DNA of 64,000 nucleotides from Candidatus Omnitrophota bacterium (GTDB lineage Bacteria; Omnitrophota; Omnitrophia; Omnitrophales; JACROU01): NCBI GenBank assembly GCA_029261035.1, contig JAJDCD010000005.1, positions 91,516 to 155,515 of the forward strand, read 5' to 3'. Shown piece by piece: positions 60,601 to 64,000 of this stretch (position 1 is its first letter; each line of letters starts with the position of its first letter). The notes under the pieces were generated by a model. It saw only the letters and a program-made list of their open reading frames with translations, ran no database searches and was not told where the DNA came from. The position numbers and the translations under genes were made by a program.

Positions 60601-63333
60601 ATGCTTACAGAGTCTAGCTCTGCGAACAAAGAAAGCATTCGTTTAACGGTTAAAGGAGAGTCTAAGAAGCTTTATACCTTTTCTAATTCTTACAATAATG
60701 GCCTGTTTGCTAGTGTGGTTGCTATGAGGGAGATGGATTTGGTTCCTGACCAAGCTCTTCAATCTTTATTTAGAAGTCAGATGGAAGCGCAAGGCATTGA
60801 TGCTGATTTAACCCAAGGAGAGTGGGTTTTGATTTTTGCGAATAAAAATCCAGATGAGCCTTTGGATTGGGGGCAGGTTCACCCAATAAGTATCAGGTGG
60901 ATGAATCGTAATGGAAAGGGTCCTCATTCTTTTGATATTTCATTCTTGCGAAATATGCCATTGGAAAAAGTGTTTGGAGACTTTACTTCTTACTCATACA
61001 AAATATCAGAACAGCTAGGGTTGAGAAATGTAAAAAATTTTGATGAAGGCTCTCGGTTAGGAACGATGGTGTATCAAAATTTTAATTATCAAGATTTTGT
61101 TCGTAGCATTTCTTTTGATTATCAATTATTTCCAGTAGAAGCAGCTAGTTTAGGTGGGATAGACGGGCATAGAGTTAGAAGCTTTATTATTAAAAAGGGC
61201 GAAGAGGAGGCTTTGCTCCTTTATTTAGAGGAACCTTTTTCTGAGAAAATTAATATGGAGTTAGCTCTTCAAATAATAATGGGACGTATATTATTTGAGG
61301 ATGAAGAAATGAAGTTAAGTTATCAATACCTTGCGAGGGATTATAGAGTTTCAGAACAAGAGGTTCGGAATCTTGAAAATATTTTATATACGTATTTTTT
61401 AAATAGCATTTATTTTGGAGGTTTATTGAGACTTGTTAAAAACTCTAAGATGGATCAAGTTAAAGAGGCTCCTATACTGCATTTGAATATACCTCAACAG
61501 ATGGTGAGAGTTTTAAGTTTGTTGATTTCTGATAAACAGGATGGCGAACAAGGGTTGCCGACTATTGGGGCTTTATTAACAAGAGACCCTAATCGTATTA
61601 GAGATGTTTTTGAAAGGGAAGAGCTCAATTTTGATATCTTGATTAATAGATTGAAGCAGTTAGATTTGGAATTTCAGATGAAACTACAGTCAAAAGTTAG
61701 CGCTCAAAAGAAAAGAAAACCTAAACCAACCAAGATTCATAGAGAAGCACGTAAACAAGTGGCTCAGTTATTCTTAAAGCCAGAAGGTTATCGTTGGAGT
61801 GAGTCCAAGCGATCATTTGATGAGTTGGAAGGGCTTAATCTGGGGCCGTTGACAAAAAGAGGTATGCTTTATCTGAATCCAAGACCTAATTATAATTTGA
61901 TCCTTTCTTTGTTGGATAAAGAAGAAGCGGGCTGGGAACTAAGTGTTGTTAGAAGTGAAGTTTTATCGAATAGGCTTATTTTGACTGTTCAGCTTAGTCA
62001 TTCTGAGAGTGGTAAAATAATGATCAGAGACATTAGATTAGTTCCGAGCAAGAAAATGTTAAGAGGATTGGGCGCGGATAATAGAAAAGAATTTTGGATT
62101 TACTGGGGGATAGAAAGAGGGCCTGTTGCCATTGAGGTTCGTGGTTCTGCTAAGAATGCTCATAATGTTAAAGCAACTTCAGGAAGAGAAGTGAAGTTAA
62201 ATACTTTAACTCGGAACGAGTTATTAAGACAGTCAATTGAAATATTGGATTTAACAAGTTTATCAGAAGTTCGATTAAGACAAGCTTGGCATAACCTTTC
62301 CAGCAATGATGTGAATGGTAAAAGTAAATTGTTAGAAATGAAGGTTGGAGATTTAGTCAATTTGAAAAAAGATGATTTCCGCAGCGTTATCGGAGGGTAT
62401 ATTGCATTTAGACAAGCAAAAAGAAAACTGGAAAAATTAGGTCTGAGTTTAGCCGATAGTTTGGGGGCTTTGTTTAAAGATCAGTATGGAGTCTCAGAAG
62501 ATATAGTTTTAAAAGTGGTAAAAATGACAGGGGATGTGATAGGACTTGATTTGAAAGTTTATTTCCCTCATTTTTATAACGAGTTATTAAAGAAAATTCA
62601 GAATAAAGATATCAGTGCGGTGAACCGTTTGTTAGTTCAGTTGGGAGATGATCCTAAACTGAATGATTTGCTTAGCTATTTGGATCGAGGGCAAACACCT
62701 ATTCTTGTAACTTCGGAATTATCTCCAAGAGCTTTGATTCTTCAATTGATGTCGGAGTCTGTGGTTATTGTTGATTACAAAGATGAAGCTTATAAACAAC
62801 AATTTGACAGGCTCTTATCTGAAGCTATTCTTAAGCAAGGTTTAACGAAAGAAGAAACAAGGGCTATAAAAGATCGAGCTTATTTTATTCGTCGCTCTAA
62901 AGAGTCTAAAAGACAAGATATGTTAACTCAGCTATTTAAAGGAGAGAGGGTTTCAACCGATAGAGGGTTGTTGAGCCTTTCTCGAATGGCGCATGATTTA
63001 GGTGTTGATGTTCGTGGGCTCCGTCGAAAAGTTGTCTGGATGGAGGACAATCAGATGATCGATGAAATATTAGAACGGCTTATCGTGGGTTTTGGTTTGC
63101 CTATGGTTATCGATCCGGGGCGTGTACAGGATAATGAACAACGAGATTTTGTTGATACTCTTAGATTGTCGGTTGCATCTTGGCTGTCTCTAGATCCGGA
63201 ATTCTTGGTTAAAAAAGGCTATGCTAGCTTTAAAGATGATCGTTTCGTTATTACAGAACATTTCTTTGAGTCTTTCCTGAATGACCAATTGCTGAAAGAG
63301 AAAGTGAATCGATTGCTCGCCACTATGGCTTAG
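45670..63333 (+). CDS. Giant protein 3 (5887 aa): hydrophobic N-terminus, shared N-domain, five repeated modules with HTH-like units, a kinase-like module, an internal hydrophobic helix, and the shared C-terminal domain
   Basis: Uninterrupted 17.7-kb ORF with a GTG start. N-domain 'VYLIQDAHESLDAQENI', 'LLFEGGS' and 'VTGGFHSYF'. C-terminal 270 aa homologous to giants 1 and 2. Internal architecture is described in the findings. Confidence 0.85.
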   Translation: MSFRKVFAYLMGFLLAQKYRCLVRFISINLAFIFLLNTVVEAAPLMQHVMTPSVLSQSAINSFSQPPYLPLSPIQINSQIGSVQESYLPVTKKDSPQVYLIQDAHESLDAQENIKNILEKLVLEEGVDTLLFEGGSLDFNSSIYQFSSDMEINHRMWKELFRQGHLSGVELFALNQSGSVRLKGIEDESIYFKNLKTILDTNRLYKKSQDEILRIDQQYTIKKQKTFSEPLRKLIKERDDFRKNKNNFNPYMLFLMKEAKKRINLDLSQAKYQKQYPQLVRYSKISQFEKKIKENRDEVEKQRIELLELTQNKVAKSLTKESFLFLFNPEQHYLARDQLRWYFESWCEWAQAENIDVQLYSHFINWMAYHILKNEMKGPQLFDELQTIEILLLKNLNLSEEERKLLAEEDGWNLWNKLVSLKLTREEYERLRDTNPKNDLKGLNLLTQKALENYEWVIKRDAVLSEKAIEAINLSKSSRVAVVTGGFHSYFLTQKLKEEKKSYVLIAPRISQLERSLNYKDRIQQLFSSTTALDIPGALLSDLSKQRLLVAARSLGIQGAKKKDLPRKSGAQREDEIFRTHISVPMPEIEQMLSFPGRIQPSMQNALNETIKLIVTLFEDALISVNRNEVENLKRFQKYPGGIFYNHLTDELRGAISNSLDSTLERYRREGISREFIHIVFRVYKDQESNYFIDVIDEGVGETAINKTNVKRYSGERYLGKRGVDRGKSLESQVMGVFDAQLFEREDAQGAVLEIKLSQRKVLNHFKESMEGLNLRRVSKYMDSYGQSLGRTKEAYNMRINGNQVNILDAMMEGEFKTTWLTSFKPEALPKLKLPDKKESYSLDEAFIVFRQLKGSRSLTKSAFSAWVKKVLSRRASSRISRELLSNLVNTFSLSEARTHLGGDMVTVREKAKKAGAISVEHRMFISRDWVDRQRIYRYQLVPVHLLAKVMGVSKKVLLSYLEEPKKRFGDYLWEEDLLKKKSLLEVSAEGTKYHMDGAGKALMVSLVTAYQVISIYRKSLRNKKESYSVDELAGLLGVTKNILAQAIKSGEIAVIHLPFLGPEPRISIVDSEGILNIFSKVVKNYSKVLRPYTKKKISSWRELMAVVSGWETTNSLKEKWGFKSHNGIHQMMSRGKIKGFHIVHPLTEQGVWYFPPEEVGRVDDLEEMKLAKVLKMVNKGSRAKIKTRSELEKVLHSYFSLEKLEKRWSVSNRSLKGMIQRGTLEAVRLDFIGEQKRGYLVSPKEVKRIEGLEQKKLKKIKRFVSKFSSQTIKTIGKLRKVTQNWIKPTTLDERLGIRGGTVRQAIDNGLIQAVRMDLIAFGGDKSAYLIPTAEIKRLEGKVKALARDISAFSKSKPKTIQDIKTATREWLRIEDLAKEFDVSFETIFALVRSGEITAFKLDLIGLGASKAPYVIPPEEVSRIREEQNEKKRKVLSFVEQYENVSSEDEITVMRLKDITSRWVKLRQFKTEFGVHLATAFNYVRQGKVNAVQMDLLGYGGKKAFYLIPPQEIERIRQEDKLKLTQIIDFVRTYISSKRRVKTWEDVQQVTNSWLKIEDLVKAASVKFATASRWVKTGKVKGIKIKLIGKNNTNGYYIIPPQEIDRVKKERMDRNNLASSLGQESTAVVDVLYQKYRFLLPKSVQKQFNYELVAGWYEVVSSDTTVLPMKIFDFIQKVYSLLSPNEVNQVAVLLADFQKEITEILTADESLEPSEEEKAPQEVELVKAVALQKLVEKRPLVDEIWEGDKKARISMDPVFWGVLHSDEKKEWLKKIKKILTRNYSSLKKGLDYEEPIGGGKKFRSLKLGLVDAPLVLSHGVKIHAMQLKGVVFDSGNITDVFNMHHAKREWGQKLPDAPVVQPIYHEDGTISYIPRQWSPKGGMVLDEAKREFEMHRYFMKSGMPVNYPLAYGEFLGEKEPLGRKIGFVLLGQRFQQNYRFHDVLNRILNARYVVPIQELSKEGKTPEEIESLFRETELELLANIQSHGHLLRTIHTPMVQEEERWEGAFHGNLHPANVSVDPDYFLNIHDLTHAYNKEEVSSLKEQFARQLLDFDAALSRTLEDKVFMDSQLQDFHVRKGLPVSWKGMEYVKTFLLGYFYDFPPEVIEKVARTMVMEIEGHPITRTNNIIQKLGVTRLPAYQHPDFIFDLMRYVVGIKKDGTPLLEEEKESAKKEIEQKILASSLGRTKDHFNMTFEGHAFNILDEMKKGNFSMKWILNFKPEPLTRIQVPDKSVYVSRKTVLEAAKRKRFGLPLSAKRLEQLLKAGAIKQNEKGELSRYDAESFINAYSLRETAELTGLNRDRLSGLSGSKDRMVVVQGNYYVFHDWIEEMRARHHRLVPVSLLSEMLNLTHSTFLSNLRNPKKFLRPHLLRQLFDDRKNLLESRFTGEEYHYFGDHSPTLSVDILTAWSIFQLLQRVPNMETASTVDELSKKLYVNRVFVSKAIEEDRVEATLVRGMRKGGPVYLIDEEEVRRIEKEFNQKLKLLIKEVKAYVDSKVPLKTWEDIQEVVKNWDTTETLKERWNFKSISGIHEMMRREVLKGVNVVNPLSTVGVNYFPPQEVEKLDKRDRNKLDEILEFINRYRGSPITTRAEIDAAVSKWSTPTYLSKVTGIPRQTMTRRVKKGAVKGVLLDLIGFKKKFMVPPSEAQKFIQANSKISKASSLGRSKDHFDATVLGEEVNLLDAMKEGAFKVQWFFSFKTKKLPRVEIPKKQKYLTKKEVLQLVSQVKGKRRIGPLRLNQLIEKEYIKRDSNGNLNREDVLFFLNAFSLNEAAAFIGVNPDRLGKIALENGSVKYGKEYFVPYQWVELLRANFHDLVPIRILAEMLDMEFWNLVNKLRSPSNYFSEDIIKEFFPYQETLIDKRITGEEYHFINGNNVLAVDLATAWMLFVIFRMFPNPKKAATLTSLANKLSVNKTLVSTAVKEGRIKATLVSVLKKGVPSYLVDEEEFDRVIKEYSKKLKDLKALLVPYLRGKQLKTWQDIQEVVQGWDTAESLKEKWGFNQVDRIHRMVKRGLLKGVHVVNPLSVHGKWYFPPSEVEKVDVVDREKLQEALGFVNRYRKRKIRTREALIKSLKRWSSPVKLSKSTGIPRQTMTRLVRDGYVEHVKLDILGQRSRYVIPPEAAKRFIDELNEKIITFSDKHLSPYGQGARTYKQLKKLLNRWYTISELSKTTGINQEEIAWKVEIGELNSVNFDFTPLQGRIYIPPQEAEKLIQSSSVSANSLGVAKEHFDIFVNGKKVNLIDAMVDGSFRPEWISRFVPKSLHEVSLKNVAPSITFERAEELSKRLGQRVITVYMLSELQEAGIISKEFEGMISKEDLQFLINSRKLGEAARLVELNEADVWMFASKHGAKRLRREYFVPLEWIEEVMLRKHHLIPVQLLVDELGVNYASFVDRLKNPRKHFSKIIAEGYLEGRDSLLEPSLRGSLVHGNYQNFMIDLSLAWKVVRLIKEKSLSDGYITSDVLAERIGVDVNVILLGIRNELIKVKEISDIAGSGKYHYAISEDEAERIEKLFSAQLAVYQQTLEESGFIKRKLNGWKDLKKFIQSWLGTEQLRQRWGFTGNQAIMQMYQRGSVWGLELAHPLSRTAKVLFPLKEIRSIERKEKIKFELIAKFISEHVGVEVNEKAEMSDVFEDWYTVNDLLKATGYSRKKVMRQINNGNIPSIKIDLLAMQSRIVIPPTVAQLWIGQQQKPPSTASSLGRTTEDFNITVNGTPVNLLDAMMEGTFQISYLLQLYQPMKRQGHAPKKAYYSIDEVLEIFKEKGRGPIRKLHINEFVTMKRRKKEDKRIRHEELLWLLNTVPLKEVTKSLVGQHSDLRERALEGGAVLVKDRMFVPVAWLSQQQEKQANLVSVGLLAKVMGVYRTKLFKYILDPQGMFGEAIFNQYFQDKESLLELSQNGTVFHGTQKARMITLETAWAIVRIYKISLERAKGSIGIVALGEELGRDRYFVDKIIRRGEIDASFIPLVSDGKYKDRIVASELERIRALYRRSLASYSDVLKKYGVGPFKTWSELEEFFESWYTADDVRRRFGFKIKRSVYDMSERGVLTGIHVASPLMPQGQIRFFPVEVDNLFNKDLERVNEILVFINRFRKRPIGNKSQIQRAIRDWYKLPQLEKKWAVSDGTLLDSINKGSLEAINIGLIGMKEQGYWVPRQEVQRIEKEQKKRREEILKFVSQYTDESINTTKQLKKATRKWFAVEGAAKRLGVKKSLIKSMIKRKTIRSVKMDLLGYGGGNTLMMIPPQEIGRIEREEKEKLDRIIADISQFTEKPLMTVEDVLRATQSWVKAEEFAKEFGVNTAHVLALIRSNKIRAVEMNLLKVRGNKMFYLIPLSEVERFKLDQKNQLAEIIPQVREYTDAEIDTIEGLKKATLDWSSTGDFSREFGFPAASVTRMIKANNIKAIRFDLFGFGGKNRLYLIPPQEVASIRQEQERRFKEVQNYLLHNFNIEIMTLTDLEEVTQDWLGKEDVRRALKISQATFYSHVKDRKVKSVFIDLLGYKRRAGYYVSPYEVERWGGESLDEGASKRKGENIKLKAKKIKSKASSLGREIALLVAEEYPYNQLVLILDRVDSSSDYAEFEIRSKKQKIGEGSFFKGDDHWNLVHFELGSEYNYQEEGKEVIKWFARYLQNMFPGSRNPLRFGWVYNPEMLSLAHSVFEPDSMEIIFKKPGPWYSMADPSFNLFYSAGPLRIYDDVPLSTKEIKVIKQGSFYVPVSYPQEVKNVVVSKYHVSARYKSTGNLLRKIQFERPFSIKGKIRKSLLSSARSLGDEQDEYGLTRKQKEAVHHFLFPKDLSGEAILKQVLMLLIPYILLGGLVAAVMSREKKSDNQAVPQSTSEGKSLGGTRPLSAVDYFAQLEQELSEAWQAWDHQSSMMDMGFVESALEQKTNYYALMGLIANSFMHFSTPTSKLEEDDVVLYIAPNQNGNTGIYRVLSVSGMQVQLMNVANKTILVAETKKIRRIDLSKPRIMSQVEEMLTESSSANKESIRLTVKGESKKLYTFSNSYNNGLFASVVAMREMDLVPDQALQSLFRSQMEAQGIDADLTQGEWVLIFANKNPDEPLDWGQVHPISIRWMNRNGKGPHSFDISFLRNMPLEKVFGDFTSYSYKISEQLGLRNVKNFDEGSRLGTMVYQNFNYQDFVRSISFDYQLFPVEAASLGGIDGHRVRSFIIKKGEEEALLLYLEEPFSEKINMELALQIIMGRILFEDEEMKLSYQYLARDYRVSEQEVRNLENILYTYFLNSIYFGGLLRLVKNSKMDQVKEAPILHLNIPQQMVRVLSLLISDKQDGEQGLPTIGALLTRDPNRIRDVFEREELNFDILINRLKQLDLEFQMKLQSKVSAQKKRKPKPTKIHREARKQVAQLFLKPEGYRWSESKRSFDELEGLNLGPLTKRGMLYLNPRPNYNLILSLLDKEEAGWELSVVRSEVLSNRLILTVQLSHSESGKIMIRDIRLVPSKKMLRGLGADNRKEFWIYWGIERGPVAIEVRGSAKNAHNVKATSGREVKLNTLTRNELLRQSIEILDLTSLSEVRLRQAWHNLSSNDVNGKSKLLEMKVGDLVNLKKDDFRSVIGGYIAFRQAKRKLEKLGLSLADSLGALFKDQYGVSEDIVLKVVKMTGDVIGLDLKVYFPHFYNELLKKIQNKDISAVNRLLVQLGDDPKLNDLLSYLDRGQTPILVTSELSPRALILQLMSESVVIVDYKDEAYKQQFDRLLSEAILKQGLTKEETRAIKDRAYFIRRSKESKRQDMLTQLFKGERVSTDRGLLSLSRMAHDLGVDVRGLRRKVVWMEDNQMIDEILERLIVGFGLPMVIDPGRVQDNEQRDFVDTLRLSVASWLSLDPEFLVKKGYASFKDDRFVITEHFFESFLNDQLLKEKVNRLLATMA
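49231..50517 (+). other. Tandem array of five HTH-like (excisionase/MerR-type) units of about 75 aa in giant protein 3
   Basis: Consecutive units match 'W..(I/L)E.L(A/S)KEFGV......V..G.(I/V).A(V/I).(M/I)DL(L/I)G.GG....Y(L/I)IPP.E(I/V).R(I/V)'. Confidence 0.55.
51000..51950 (+). other. Protein-kinase-like / aminoglycoside-phosphotransferase-like fold region in giant protein 3 (atypical HGNLHPxN catalytic loop)
   Basis: Gly-rich 'IGGGKKFRSLKLG' (51055-), Lys-containing 'VKIHAMQLKG', 'FHGNLHPANV' (51697-51720) and 'LNIHDLTHA', in the kinase-fold order. Confidence 0.45.
57970..59225 (+). other. Second tandem array of five HTH-like units in giant protein 3
   Basis: Units such as 'ATRKWFAVEGAAKRLGVKKSLIKSMIKRKTIRSVKMDLLGYGGGNTLMMIPPQEIGRIE' repeat five times with the same consensus as the first array. 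Confidence 0.55.
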
Positions 63334-63358
63334 AATAGCTATTAGTTAAAGCATTGTC

Positions 63359-63453
63359 ATCCCCGCGAAGGCGGGGATCCAGATTCTTCCAGATAAAATA
63401 GCAATACTTCAGCTGTCATGGATTCCCGATACAAGATTTCGGGAATGACAGTG
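63359..63453 (+). terminator. Two hairpins downstream of giant gene 3 (candidate terminator region)
   Basis: 'atccccgcgaaggcggggat' (63359-63378) and 'ctgtcatggattcccga...tcgggaatgacag' (63412-63453). No strong T-run follows. Confidence 0.35.
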
Positions 63454-63542
63454 AAATCATTATCCTTCTAAGATTAGGCTTGTTCCGTTATAATAATAGT
63501 TCAAATTCGTAGGGATGATAGTTAAGAGAGGTAATAGAATAT

Positions 63543-64000
63543 ATGAAAAGAGTTTTAGTTCCGATTGCAGATGGTTTTGAGGAAATTGAAGCCATTACGA
63601 TTGTGGATATTCTTAGGCGTGCTGGATTGAGAGTCTTTTTTTCTTCCTTGAAACAAGGGGAAGTTAGAGGATCTCGAAGGATTCGTGTGATTCCAGATCT
63701 GTTTATGAATGAAGCTGTTTACCAAGAGTGGGATGCCATCATTGTACCTGGTGGTAAGCAGAGTGTAGATTCTCTGCGTAAAGATCCGCGCTTGATGAAT
63801 TTGATTCGGAAGTTGAATGAGCAAGGAAAGTTGATCGGCGGTATTTGTGCGGCTCCTTATGCTCTTAGAGACGCGGGTGTTTTTGGAGATAAAAAAATGA
63901 CAACGTATCCTACTTTTGAGGATGAGTTTAAAGATTGCCAATTTGTAAACGAACCCGTGGTTTATGATCAAAATGTAGTTACGAGCCAATCTCCGGGAAC
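63543..64000 (+). CDS. DJ-1/PfpI (ThiJ) family protein, N-terminal part; the ORF runs off the window end
   Basis: RBS 'agagagg' then ATG 63543. 'MKRVLVPIADGFEEIEAITIVDILRRAG', 'AIIVPGG' and nucleophile-elbow 'GGICAAPYAL'. The minus-strand ORF 63555-63989 in the ORF table is its antisense shadow. Confidence 0.85.
   Translation, partial: MKRVLVPIADGFEEIEAITIVDILRRAGLRVFFSSLKQGEVRGSRRIRVIPDLFMNEAVYQEWDAIIVPGGKQSVDSLRKDPRLMNLIRKLNEQGKLIGGICAAPYALRDAGVFGDKKMTTYPTFEDEFKDCQFVNEPVVYDQNVVTSQSPG

Noticed and set aside
63555-63989. 144-aa minus-strand ORF listed in the ORF table at the window end
   Set aside because: The + strand over the same DNA encodes a clear DJ-1/PfpI protein with an RBS and conserved motifs. 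The + ORF has no stop inside the window, so it was not listed. The minus ORF is its antisense shadow.

Overview
This AT-rich (about 38-40% GC) bacterial window has two parts. Positions 1-29.7 kb hold ordinary, mostly + strand housekeeping and metabolic genes. These include PEPCK-GTP, IspG, thiolase, acyl-CoA dehydrogenase, DsbD, alpha-glucan phosphorylase, an acyl-CoA desaturase, CysK, amtB-glnK, a prpD-prpB-prpC methylcitrate cluster and a 2Fe-2S ferredoxin. Two copies of a roughly 270-bp structured intergenic repeat lie among them. Positions 29.9-63.3 kb, about 52% of the window, are three tandem giant + strand ORFs of 3078, 1907 and 5887 aa. Each has its own promoter-like and terminator-like flanks. 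All three start with a signal-peptide-like segment and a homologous N-terminal domain of about 500 aa, and all end in a homologous C-terminal domain of about 270 aa. Their middles differ completely. Giant 1 carries degenerate repeats with a recurrent YHHP motif. Giant 2 carries a complete phosphohexomutase domain fused to a eukaryotic-type UDP-glucose pyrophosphorylase domain. Giant 3 carries five repeated modules, a kinase-like module and about 18 HTH-like units including two tandem arrays. An A-S-S-L-G pentapeptide marks nearly every module junction. No BLAST or HMM results were available, so domain assignments come from recognised signature motifs and pairwise comparison inside the window. 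No rRNA, tRNA or CRISPR was seen. A DJ-1/PfpI gene starts at 63543 and runs off the window end.
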